The notes below the pieces were generated by a model, which was not told the DNA's origin, ran no database searches, and saw only the letters and a program-made list of their open reading frames with translations. A stretch of DNA of 64,000 nucleotides from Aggregatilineales bacterium. GTDB taxonomy: Bacteria > Chloroflexota > Anaerolineae > Aggregatilineales > Phototrophicaceae. Both the position numbers and the translations under genes were made by a program. Every line of letters begins with the position of its first letter. Position 1 is the stretch's first letter. The stretch spans positions 2,504,488 through 2,568,487 of the forward strand of contig OY760098.2 of NCBI GenBank assembly GCA_963663065.2, given 5' to 3'. Shown piece by piece: positions 9,187 to 17,870 of this stretch.

Positions 9187-10482
9187 CTATTCCCGATCAG
9201 CCCAGAAGCTGTCGATCAGCTCTTGTTCGGAGGCCGCCGCTTCGTCCAGGGCGTCGCAGGGATCCATGCCGCCCAGCCGGATGTTGTCGAAGGCGTCGAT
9301 CAATACCTGCCGTTGCGCGCTTTCATCGACGAAGAAGGTGGCATGCGAATACGCCAAGCCCGCCGAAAAAGCGCCCAGGATTGGGTCAGCCAGAATCGCT
9401 TCATCAGCCGCAGCGTCAGCTTGGGCTGGCAATTCGCCCACGTTGTTCACCCAGAGCGTGCCGGCCGCTGGCGTGGTGATGAACTGCAAGAACTTGACCG
9501 CGGCTTCCAGGCGAGCCGGGTCGGCATTGGCGCGGCGCGTGATGCCATGCGTCCAGTAGGAGCCGAAGGTATGCCGCTCGCCGTTTGGTCCCACAGGCAG
9601 CTCGGTAACGCCATAATTCAAGTCCGGATTGTTCCGGGCGATCGTGCCGACGCGGAAAGAGCCATCGACATGCAGCGCGCTCTCGCCATTGACGAAGGCA
9701 TTGGTCGCGCCATCCAGAATATCGTTGCTGCCCGTCACATGCTCGGTCTCGAAGGCGGCCAGCCAGCTGAAAGCCGCGCAGCCTTCTTCGCTGTTGTAGG
9801 TCACGGTGCGGCCATCATCGCTGTAGGGCGCGCCGCCATATTGCCGTATCAGCACTTCGCGGAACCAGTGATGATCCTGCGAGGCCAGGGCTGGCGCATG
9901 CCCCTGGCGGGTGATGTTGTAGACATCGCTGGCGTCGCCGTCATAGACAGTCGTGGCGAGGGCGGCTTCGACAAACTCATCCAGGTTGGCGGGCGGGCTT
10001 TCGGGATCCAAGCCGGCGTCGGCGAAGATGTCCTTGTTCCAGAATAATGCCAGCGAACGCACAGCCGTCGGAATCGCCCAGAAGCTGCCTTCAAACTTCG
10101 AGTTGGCCACCATCGGCGAGAAAGTCTCCAGCACGAAATCTTCGCTGAAGGGGTCTTCCGGCAAGGGCACGAGATAGCCCGCGTCAACAAAAGCCGGGAT
10201 CCAGCCATAGAAGAGCGTCACCACATCGGGACCGACGCCGGCCGGCGCGGAGGCCGCCAGCTCATCGCGGAAGTTGGCGTAAGGGATATCGCTGTTGTGC
10301 AGCACCTTGATGCCCGGGTTTTCTGCTTCGAACTGCTCAATCAGCATGTTCATGGCATCGACGCGCGCGCCGAAGTTGTATTGCCAATACTCGATTTCGA
10401 CCACGTCGTCCTGCGCCAGGGCGACCGCGCCAAGCGACATCACAATGACCATAACTGCCAGTATCGCGAGTATTTTGCGCAT
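9187..10482 (-). CDS. Extracellular solute-binding protein, family 1 (sugar ABC)
   Basis: 431 aa with signal peptide MRKILAILAVMVIVMSLGAVALA. Typical SBP_bac_1-like sequence with an AGGAGAG RBS upstream. Confidence 0.85.
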   Translation of the reverse strand: MRKILAILAVMVIVMSLGAVALAQDDVVEIEYWQYNFGARVDAMNMLIEQFEAENPGIKVLHNSDIPYANFRDELAASAPAGVGPDVVTLFYGWIPAFVDAGYLVPLPEDPFSEDFVLETFSPMVANSKFEGSFWAIPTAVRSLALFWNKDIFADAGLDPESPPANLDEFVEAALATTVYDGDASDVYNITRQGHAPALASQDHHWFREVLIRQYGGAPYSDDGRTVTYNSEEGCAAFSWLAAFETEHVTGSNDILDGATNAFVNGESALHVDGSFRVGTIARNNPDLNYGVTELPVGPNGERHTFGSYWTHGITRRANADPARLEAAVKFLQFITTPAAGTLWVNNVGELPAQADAAADEAILADPILGAFSAGLAYSHATFFVDESAQRQVLIDAFDNIRLGGMDPCDALDEAAASEQELIDSFWADRE

Positions 10483-10566
10483 TTCTCTCTCCTTTATTCT
10501 GCTAAAGATGCTTGACCGCCAAGACTGTAACGCATCTGCGGCGCAATGCCAAATCCCGAAGGCGCC

Positions 10567-11520
10567 TCAAAGCTCGATCTTCAACAGCCGAGCCGCGTTG
10601 CCAGCGAAGATCATCTGAATATCTTCCTCGCGGATATTGAGCTCGCGCACGTCGCGCACTTGCTGGCGCAGGTAGGGCTCCGCCAGACCGCGCGGGAAAT
10701 AACTGGAATCCGTGCCGAATATGATGCGCTCGGGCCCAATCGTCTCCATGTATTTGCGGAAGAGCTTCTTGGTGTCCCATTCGCCATCCACCCACTTCAC
10801 CCACTGGTTCGACCCCGATGTATCGATGCAGACATTGCCGCATGCCCAGCAAAGCTGCAGCGTCTCGCGGATCCAGGCGCAGCCGAAATGCGGCACAACG
10901 AATGTCACATCCGGGAAATCCTTGGCGACGTTGTGCAGCTTGAGCGGGTTGATATTCTCATGCCAAGCCACGCCGCCGCCGCTGCCCAGGATGCCAAAAT
11001 GCACCAGCACGGGGATATCCAGCTGCGCGCACATCTCCCAGACCGGGTAACCGGCTTCGTCTTCTATTGGGCGGTCCAGAGCTGGCGCCAGCAGCTTGTA
11101 GGCTCTCATGCCGTCTTCTTCGACGGCGCGCTTGAGTTCGGCCGCCGCCCCTTCGCCGAAGAGATAATTGTGGGCGAAGCCGATGAAGATATCCGGATGC
11201 CGCCGGATGATCTTTGCCAGGTTGCGGTTGCCGCCGCCGGTCACAAAACCCACCGCTCGCAAGCCATATCGATCAACCTCGGCCGCCCAGCGATCTGCCT
11301 GTTCCTCATCGCTGAAAGTATTGCGCTCCGGCGGGTCAAAGCCCCAGGTGGCTCGCCATTGCCGGTTGTAATTCATGGCCAGCTCGCGGGCGACTTTGGC
11401 GCGCTTTTCGCCAACCCGTTCGATGTATTGCTGGCGGGGGTTGGGCGCGCCTTCGATGCCGATCCCGCTTTGCGTCGGAAAATGCAAGTGAAAGTCAATC
11501 ACCTCTAGTCCGTTATACAT
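10567..11520 (-). CDS. Amidohydrolase_2-family metal-dependent hydrolase (lactonase/decarboxylase-type TIM barrel)
   Basis: 317 aa. N-terminal VIDFHLHFP metal-binding motif and later HFG / DTS motifs typical of this family. Confidence 0.75.
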   Translation of the reverse strand: MYNGLEVIDFHLHFPTQSGIGIEGAPNPRQQYIERVGEKRAKVARELAMNYNRQWRATWGFDPPERNTFSDEEQADRWAAEVDRYGLRAVGFVTGGGNRNLAKIIRRHPDIFIGFAHNYLFGEGAAAELKRAVEEDGMRAYKLLAPALDRPIEDEAGYPVWEMCAQLDIPVLVHFGILGSGGGVAWHENINPLKLHNVAKDFPDVTFVVPHFGCAWIRETLQLCWACGNVCIDTSGSNQWVKWVDGEWDTKKLFRKYMETIGPERIIFGTDSSYFPRGLAEPYLRQQVRDVRELNIREEDIQMIFAGNAARLLKIEL

Positions 11521-11641
11521 AAGCCGCCGTCCTCATCTGTCTGCCGTGTTTGATGCGAATCGCCTATGATGATAACGCAGCGACTCAACGATTCCCAATT
11601 GCTGACTGTTGGCGTTAGCTCGCTCTCGGCTCGGAGCGGTA

Positions 11642-11670
11642 TTGGACATCTGCGCTTTGCTCGCTATACT
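11642..11670 (+). promoter_or_regulatory. Sigma70-like promoter for the isomerase/oxidoreductase genes
   Basis: TTGGAC (11642-11647), 17-nt spacer, TATACT (11665-11670). The 8-bp inverted repeat GCGCTTTG / CAAAGCGC (11652-11659 / 11685-11692) brackets the -10. Confidence 0.4.
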
Positions 11671-11716
11671 TGTCCGCTATATGCCAAAGCGCAGCAAGGA
11701 TGAAAGGACAAGGATT

Positions 11717-12718
11717 ATGCCGAGACCGGTAACCCTCTTCACAGGCCAATGGGCGGACCTGCCCTTCGAGATCATTGCCGAGAAAGCCGCCAGCTTTGGC
11801 TATGATGGCTTGGAGCTGGCTTGCTGGGGCGATCATTTCGAGGTCGACAAAGCGCTGGCCAGCGATGCCTATATCCAATCGCGCATGGATGTCTTGGAAC
11901 AGCATGGCTTGGCATTCTACTCCATCAGCAATCACCTGGTGGGCCAGTGCGTCGCCGACGCCCTCATCGACGAGCGGCATCGCGCCATCCTGCCTGACCG
12001 GCTCTGGGGCGATGGCGACCCCGATGGCGTCCGTCAACGCTGCGCCCAGGAAATGATAGACACCGCCCGCGCCGCCAAAGCCTTCGGCGTCGATGTGGTC
12101 AACGGCTTCACCGGCAGCACGGTCTGGCATCTGATCTATCGCTTCCCGCCCACATCGGACGAGATGATCGAGGCCGGTTATGCCGACTTCGCCGCTTTAT
12201 GGAAGCCCATCCTGGACGCTTATGCAGCCGAGGGCGTCAAATTCGCGCTGGAAGCGCATCCAGGGGAGATTGCATACGATATCTACACGGCGGAAATGAC
12301 GCTCGCGGCTTTGGATGATCACCCGGCATTTGGCTTCAACTTCGATCCCAGCCATTTCATTCATCAGCTTTTCGATCCCGTCAAGTTCATCGACCGCTTC
12401 GCCGAGCGCATCTTCCACGTGCATATCAAAGACTCGAAAGTGACGCTGGACAATGTCAGCAGCATCCTGGGTTCGCATCTGAACTTTGGGGATGCCCGCC
12501 GCGGCTGGGATTTTGTCTCGCCCGGGCATGGCGACCTGGATATTGACGCCATGATCCGAGCTTTGAACCGCGCCGGCTACACGGGACCGCTCTCGGTGGA
12601 ATGGGAAGACAGCGGCATGGATCGCGAATTTGGCGCCACAGAAGCGGCTGAATGGGTGAAAGCCAGCGACTTCCCGGCCTCGGACCTTGCATTCGACGCC
12701 GCCTTCGCCGACGAATAG
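11717..12718 (+). CDS. Sugar phosphate isomerase/epimerase (xylose isomerase-like TIM barrel)
   Basis: ATG at 11717 follows an AAGGACAAGGA RBS. The protein starts [43 protein letters not shown], typical of AP endonuclease 2 / xylose isomerase-like TIM proteins. Confidence 0.8.
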   Translation: MPRPVTLFTGQWADLPFEIIAEKAASFGYDGLELACWGDHFEVDKALASDAYIQSRMDVLEQHGLAFYSISNHLVGQCVADALIDERHRAILPDRLWGDGDPDGVRQRCAQEMIDTARAAKAFGVDVVNGFTGSTVWHLIYRFPPTSDEMIEAGYADFAALWKPILDAYAAEGVKFALEAHPGEIAYDIYTAEMTLAALDDHPAFGFNFDPSHFIHQLFDPVKFIDRFAERIFHVHIKDSKVTLDNVSSILGSHLNFGDARRGWDFVSPGHGDLDIDAMIRALNRAGYTGPLSVEWEDSGMDREFGATEAAEWVKASDFPASDLAFDAAFADE

Positions 12719-12755
12719 CGCCTGTATTCATGTTTGGGCTAGTAATGTCTCGCCC

Positions 12756-12844
12756 GCAGACCACCAGCACCCACTCAGGGGCGGTTCATCGAATATCCCG
12801 CAAACCACCAGCAACCTTGTAGGGGCGGTTCAGTGAATCGCCCG
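12756..12844 (+). repeat. Two tandem ~44-bp units, each carrying a GGGGCGGTTCA..GAAT..CCCG palindromic (REP-like) module
   Basis: Unit 1 is 12756-12800 and unit 2 is 12800-12844, with about 35 of 45 positions identical by eye. The unit 2 core GTAGGGGCGGTTCAGTGAATCGCCCG can form a hairpin. Confidence 0.7.
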
Positions 12845-12890
12845 TTTTCTGACAGCAACTGATCCAGAACATCAACACAGGAGAACACAA

Positions 12891-14093
12891 ATGGCTGACG
12901 AAAAACAAGTGAGCAGCTCCTTCACCAGCATGGCGGCCAGCGGCCCGGCTGCCGACGCGCCCGAAATCGGCATCGGCATGATCGGCTATGCCTTCATGGG
13001 CAAGGCGCATACCAACGCCTTCAAGACGATCCCCTACATGATGTACCCGCCCGCGGCTATACCGCGTCTGGTGGGCATCGCCGGGCGCAACGAAGCGGCC
13101 GTCAAGGATGCCGCGCGGCGCTATGGCTACGAGAGCGCCTACACGGATTGGCGCGACATGCTGGAAAACGACGCCGTGGATGTGCTCGATAATGGCGGTC
13201 CCAACGATGCCCATGCCGAACCTTGCATCGCCGCCGCCCAGGCTGGCAAGCATGTCTTCTGTGAAAAGCCTTTGGCGCGCACCGCCGAAGAATCCAAAGC
13301 CATGCTGGACGCGGTGGAATCGGCCGGCGTCAAGCACATGGTGGCTTTCAACTACCGCTTCGTCCCCGCCGTGCAGCAAGCCAGGAGGCTGATTGACAGC
13401 GGCAAGCTGGGGCAGATCTATCATTGGCGGGCGGTTTACCTGCAAGAATGGGGCATGGACCGCCAGATGGAAACCAGTTGGCGCTTCCAAAAGGACATCT
13501 GCGGCAGCGGCGCGCTTGGCGATCTCGGCGCGCATATCATTGACTTGGCGCGCTTCCTGGTTGGCGAACCCAAAGCGGTCTCGGGCTTGGCGCAAACCTG
13601 GATCACCGAGCGGCCCGATGGCGCCGGCGGCATGGTGAAATCCGATGTCGATGATGGCTTCGTGGCGCTGCTGGACTTTGAAAATGGCGCGCTGGGCACT
13701 GTCGAAGCCACCCGGTTCGCCCAGGGCCGCAAGAACTTCAATTCATTCGAGATCAACGCCGAAAATGGCTCCATCCACTTCAACCTGGAGCGGCTGAACG
13801 AGCTGAATGTGTTTTGGAAGGGCGAGAATCCTGTTACGACCCAAGGCTTCCATAACGTGCTGGTCAGCGAGGCGCATCATCCCTATTGGGAGCATTGGTG
13901 GCCCCACGGTCACATGCTCGGCTGGGAGCACAGCTTCGCCCACGAATTCCATCACTTCTTCGCCGCCATCGTCAACGACAGTGATGTCGCTCCCTTGGGC
14001 GCCACCTTCGTCGATGGCTATCGCAACGCTGTCATCTGCGATGCCATCATGGAATCGGCGGCCGCGCGCCGGCATGTCGATATCCGCTACTAG
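12891..14093 (+). CDS. Gfo/Idh/MocA family NAD(P)-dependent oxidoreductase
   Basis: 400 aa. Rossmann motif IGIGMIGYAFMGKAH and EKP motif (VFCEKPLA) are typical of the family. Confidence 0.85.
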   Translation: MADEKQVSSSFTSMAASGPAADAPEIGIGMIGYAFMGKAHTNAFKTIPYMMYPPAAIPRLVGIAGRNEAAVKDAARRYGYESAYTDWRDMLENDAVDVLDNGGPNDAHAEPCIAAAQAGKHVFCEKPLARTAEESKAMLDAVESAGVKHMVAFNYRFVPAVQQARRLIDSGKLGQIYHWRAVYLQEWGMDRQMETSWRFQKDICGSGALGDLGAHIIDLARFLVGEPKAVSGLAQTWITERPDGAGGMVKSDVDDGFVALLDFENGALGTVEATRFAQGRKNFNSFEINAENGSIHFNLERLNELNVFWKGENPVTTQGFHNVLVSEAHHPYWEHWWPHGHMLGWEHSFAHEFHHFFAAIVNDSDVAPLGATFVDGYRNAVICDAIMESAAARRHVDIRY

Positions 14094-14115
14094 GCTCAGG
14101 CTTCAGCGACACCGG

Positions 14116-14142
14116 AGAGGGGGCGCTTGCCTCCTCTTTTTT
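14116..14142 (+). terminator. Intrinsic terminator after the oxidoreductase gene
   Basis: Stem AGAGGGGGC / GCCTCCTCT (9 bp including one G-T), loop GCTT, followed by a T6 run. Confidence 0.65.
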
Positions 14143-14162
14143 GTTGCCGGCTCCCTGGTCGA

Positions 14163-16508
14163 TCAGTCGATGTGGAGCGCTTTGCCATCGCTGCGCAGAT
14201 GAATCGTTCCCATTTCGTCCGTGCGGAAGAGGAGCAGGTCATCCAGTTGCTCCAGCGTATCCGGGTCAGGGTCGCCGCGGCGATTGGCGGCATCAACCTG
14301 CAGCGCCGCCACTTGGGGCTGGACCAGCTTGAGGAAACCTTCATCCAGCGCGCGAACCCCGCCATGCTGCGGGACTTGCATCACCGCCACCACTGGAGAT
14401 ATCCCCCGCGCCAGCATGTCTCGCTGACCATCGGCGCTCAAATCAGATGTCAGCATAAAGGTCGCATCCCCATAGCTGATGCGCAGTACCAGAACGACAT
14501 CGCCAAGTTTGTCGCTGATGGTAGGCTTGGCTGGCGGGTGCAGTATTTCGATTTCGACGCCGTCATCAAAATCAAAGCGCCAGCCGGCTTGAGCTTCAAT
14601 ATACTGCGCGCCGGACCGCTCCAGCCGAGACTTGAGCTCCGTGAAGACAGCGCCGCGGTTGGCTTGACCATGATAGAGCCAGGCGCCTATGTCATATCGT
14701 TCCAGCACGGCGCTTAAGGCGGCAATATCCCATTCATCCGGCTGGGTTATCACCAGGAGTTCGATTTCGCGGTCATAGTAGGGCAGGCGGTCGCCAATGG
14801 CGCTCAGGAGACGCGCAGGATAGCGCCCGCCATCGACCAGAACTTGCGCGCCGCCCGGCGTCTGAATGAGCGCGGCATTGTTATGCCCGACATCCAGAAA
14901 CCAGACATGCAAATGTCCATCGGGCCGGCTCAGCAGCATCGCCCACATCAAGACCAGCGCCGCTATGGCAAAGCCGCAACCGGCTATGACTATTCCGCTG
15001 CGGCGGACAAAAGCTTCGAGGCGATTCCAAAGCGATGGGCGAAGAGCCTGCAGCATGGCGAATCCTATCAGCAGAAGGTAGAAAATCTGAATCAGGCGTC
15101 CATCGAAATCCACGATGAGCTCCGCGTATTCCCATTGCGAGAAGGCGCGGACAACGCCTATCGTCCAGGAAAGGCAAACCAAGTCCACCCAGAATAGCAG
15201 CACGCCGATAGCTGGCGCGAATGCTGATGCCGCCACAGCTGCGAAGCCGAGCAGGAGCACTGCCGATTGCGCCGGCACGATCAACAGGTTGACCGGCAGC
15301 GCCACCAGGGAAAGGCGGCCGAAATATAAGACAATCAGCGGCAGAGTCGCCAATTGGGCCGCGAAGGAGACTATCAGCGGTTCATTGAGAAAGCTGAGCA
15401 GGGGGCGAGCGTACCGGGGCGGCAGGAGAGATTCTAGCAGCGCCCGGAAGCGGACCGAGAGCGGATCGGCGAATATGCCCAAGCCCAGTACCGCGCAGAA
15501 GCTGAGCTGAAAGCCGAGGTCGAGCAAGACATTGGGATCCAAAAACGACAATAGCAAGGTGGCAAATGCCAGCGACGCCGGCAGGAAGGTCTCGCGCCGG
15601 AGTTGATTGCCGATGACCAGCAGGCTGCTCATCAATGCCGCGCGCAGGATGCCCGGGCTGGCGCCGACGAAGAGCGAATAGATGCCGATGACCGCCACCG
15701 CGCAGATCGTGGCAGCCGACCGCCGCTCGCCCATAGCGCTGGAAAAGACGCGCAAGACCATAGCGCTGACTATGACCATGTTGAAGCCGCTTATGGCGAT
15801 GATATGCGATGCGCCAACCCGCTCGAAGGCAGCTTCCAAGTCGGGGGCGATGCCGCGTTCATCGCCAAGCAGGATGCCGGTCAGCAAACCGGCCTGCGGC
15901 TCGGGCAGGGAGTTCGCGATGAGGCGGCGTACAGCGCCTTTCAGCTCCAGCAGCGCGGCCACCACGGGAGTTCCATGCCCCTGGCTGACCAGTTCCAGCG
16001 CGGCCGGACGCATGACCGTAAAGATGCCCTGTCGTCCCAGATAATCGGCGTATGAGAAGCGATCGCCAGCGCCTGGCGGGTCAAGCGCTCCGGTGGCGCG
16101 AACCCGATCGCCATAGACGATATCCGCGTTTCGAAAGGCTTCCATCAGGACAAGCCCGCTTGAGGGCAGATGCCGGTTGTTGACGAAAATCGAGTCAACC
16201 TCCAGCCGAATCTGAATGCGATCATCTCGCTGGGACGGCTCGGCGATCACGATTCCCGTGACGGAGCCGCTATAGCCGTTGAAGGCTGCGATCTCGCTTG
16301 AGCGCGGCACCAGCGATTGTCTGGCTGCGCCGGCGACGACGAATATCAGAGCGATGATCAGATTGCGCAATGCCCTTTGTGGCAGCGCCAGCGCGAATGC
16401 AGCCGCGATCACTAGCGCAAGGGCATAAACCGAAAACCCTATCGCGGGGAGGAATCGCCCCAGGTTGATTCCCAGCGCCCAAGCCAGCGTGACGATGATC
16501 AAGCGCAT
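14163..16508 (-). CDS. comEC: DNA internalization competence protein ComEC/Rec2 with C-terminal metallo-beta-lactamase domain
   Basis: 781 aa. It has a polytopic membrane core and a C-terminal MBL-like part (HVWFLDVGHNNAALIQTPGG...VMQVPQHGG). Confidence 0.85.
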   Translation of the reverse strand: MRLIIVTLAWALGINLGRFLPAIGFSVYALALVIAAAFALALPQRALRNLIIALIFVVAGAARQSLVPRSSEIAAFNGYSGSVTGIVIAEPSQRDDRIQIRLEVDSIFVNNRHLPSSGLVLMEAFRNADIVYGDRVRATGALDPPGAGDRFSYADYLGRQGIFTVMRPAALELVSQGHGTPVVAALLELKGAVRRLIANSLPEPQAGLLTGILLGDERGIAPDLEAAFERVGASHIIAISGFNMVIVSAMVLRVFSSAMGERRSAATICAVAVIGIYSLFVGASPGILRAALMSSLLVIGNQLRRETFLPASLAFATLLLSFLDPNVLLDLGFQLSFCAVLGLGIFADPLSVRFRALLESLLPPRYARPLLSFLNEPLIVSFAAQLATLPLIVLYFGRLSLVALPVNLLIVPAQSAVLLLGFAAVAASAFAPAIGVLLFWVDLVCLSWTIGVVRAFSQWEYAELIVDFDGRLIQIFYLLLIGFAMLQALRPSLWNRLEAFVRRSGIVIAGCGFAIAALVLMWAMLLSRPDGHLHVWFLDVGHNNAALIQTPGGAQVLVDGGRYPARLLSAIGDRLPYYDREIELLVITQPDEWDIAALSAVLERYDIGAWLYHGQANRGAVFTELKSRLERSGAQYIEAQAGWRFDFDDGVEIEILHPPAKPTISDKLGDVVLVLRISYGDATFMLTSDLSADGQRDMLARGISPVVAVMQVPQHGGVRALDEGFLKLVQPQVAALQVDAANRRGDPDPDTLEQLDDLLLFRTDEMGTIHLRSDGKALHID

Positions 16509-16575
16509 CTGGCAAACAGTGAGTAACGCGCCATTAGGGCAAGGTTATAAGCGCGAAAACTTTGGCAAGCGCAAA

Positions 16576-16599
16576 CAGGCATCGCGCGACGGATGCCTG
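16576..16599 (-). terminator. Possible intrinsic terminator after the coiled-coil gene
   Basis: On the minus strand: CAGGCATC, 8-nt loop, GATGCCTG, then TTT. It lies about 29 nt after the stop at 16628. Confidence 0.35.
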
Positions 16600-16627
16600 C
16601 GTGAGCTATGGGGTGCTGGCGGGTAGC

Positions 16628-17191
16628 TTAGATGCGGCTGCCCATCGGCGCTTGCGCGGGCCGGTCGAAGCGGATCGGATCGCCATTTTCTTCGCTGGCT
16701 GGCGCGGGCATCGGCTGCCGTTCCGGCTCAACTTCCAGAGCCACCGGCTCCTGCGTCTGCATGATCTGGATGCCGTTGCGGATTTCCTCGAGAGTCTGGG
16801 CGAAACGCTGTTCAAGCTGGCTCAGCTGCGTCAAGACGTAATCATCGGCTTCCTGGGTGATCTTTTGCGCTTCAATCTTGGCCTGCTCGATCACGAATTC
16901 GGCGCGAACCTTGGCTTGCTTGACCATCTCCTGTTCGTCAATCAGGTCTTCGCTGTGCTGGCGCGCCTGCTGCACGATGCGGGCGGCTTCTTCGTTGGCT
17001 TCCGCCAGGACGCGGTCGCGCTGCTGAATCGTGCGAGCGGCTCTTTCGATTTCTTCCGGGATCGAGATGCGCATCTGGTCAATGATTTCCAGCGCCCGCT
17101 CTTCATCCACCATTGTATACTTCGTGCCGAAGAGATGCCGGCCCTCATCCACCAAATCTTCCAGGCGATCCACCAAATGTTGAATATCCAT
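16628..17191 (-). CDS. Coiled-coil protein of unknown function (ATP synthase b / DivIVA-like heptad character)
   Basis: 187 aa, rich in E/Q/A/R and largely helical, with a Pro-rich acidic tail. No enzymatic motif found. Confidence 0.6.
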   Translation of the reverse strand: MDIQHLVDRLEDLVDEGRHLFGTKYTMVDEERALEIIDQMRISIPEEIERAARTIQQRDRVLAEANEEAARIVQQARQHSEDLIDEQEMVKQAKVRAEFVIEQAKIEAQKITQEADDYVLTQLSQLEQRFAQTLEEIRNGIQIMQTQEPVALEVEPERQPMPAPASEENGDPIRFDRPAQAPMGSRI

Positions 17192-17233
17192 CTATGTCCT
17201 CCCCCCAGAGAGCCCCTGCCGTTGCTTGCGTAA

Positions 17234-17725
17234 TCACTTTGCGAATTTAGCGCGTAAGGCTTCTGAAACAATCGGCGGCGTCATTGAACTGACATCCCCG
17301 CCAAGCTGTGCGATCTCGCGAATCGTGCTTGAACTGATGTGCATATACTGCTCGTCAGCCAGCATCATGATAGTTTCCAGTTCAGGCGCAAGTTTCTTGT
17401 TTGCCATGCCCATGCGAAACTCAAACTCAAAATCGCCAAATACCCTCAAGCCGCGGATCAACGCTTCCGCGCCAATCGACTGCGCATATTTTACGGTGAG
17501 AATATCATACTGCGCCACCGAAATGGACGGATATTCCTTGAAAATCTCCCGAGCCAGAGATACGCGCTCGTCGACTTCAAACAAGAGGCGTGTCTTGTTA
17601 GGATTAGCGTATATGGCGACGACAAGCCTCTCAAAAAGCCGCGAAGCGCGCAGGGCGACATCAATGTGTCCGTAGTGAATTGGGTCGAGCGATGCCGGAT
17701 AGAGCGCAATGCCACGGCCTGCCAT
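17234..17725 (-). CDS. coaD: Phosphopantetheine adenylyltransferase
   Basis: 163 aa. N-terminal YPASLDPIHYGHIDV matches the CoaD (T/H)xGH nucleotidyltransferase motif, and ISSSTIRE lies near the C-terminus. Confidence 0.9.
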   Translation of the reverse strand: MAGRGIALYPASLDPIHYGHIDVALRASRLFERLVVAIYANPNKTRLLFEVDERVSLAREIFKEYPSISVAQYDILTVKYAQSIGAEALIRGLRVFGDFEFEFRMGMANKKLAPELETIMMLADEQYMHISSSTIREIAQLGGDVSSMTPPIVSEALRAKFAK

Positions 17726-17750
17726 TCAATTTCTCCCGCGCTACCAGCGC

Positions 17751-17780
17751 ATTGTAGTGGCAGTCAGAATTTCGCGCCAA
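17751..17780 (-). promoter_or_regulatory. Candidate promoter for coaD
   Basis: Minus strand: TTGGCG, 18-nt spacer, TACAAT, about 25 nt upstream of the coaD ATG. Confidence 0.3.
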
Positions 17781-17870
17781 TCGATAGGCAGGCAGATTTT
17801 CCACTGATTCTGGCCTCGGCTGGCTGGGGAGCGTTTGGGCGCCGGGCTGTCGTTCAGCGTTGGCGATGCT

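Noticed and set aside
8357-9559. Long antisense ORFs opposite real genes, for example 8357..9559, 10546..11508, 28128..29174, 29779..31086, 33520..34941, 45505..46539, 47313..48482, 49238..50641 and 54703..55920.
   Set aside because: Each lies entirely opposite a gene with clear family motifs. The translations are Arg/Ala/Gly/His-rich low-complexity sequence, typical of mirror frames in GC-rich DNA. None has an RBS or a recognisable domain.
7284-10482. The missing ATPase for the sugar ABC transporter, considered as an anomaly.
   Set aside because: CUT1-type sugar importers commonly use a shared MsiK/MalK-type ATPase encoded elsewhere. This is not informative on its own.
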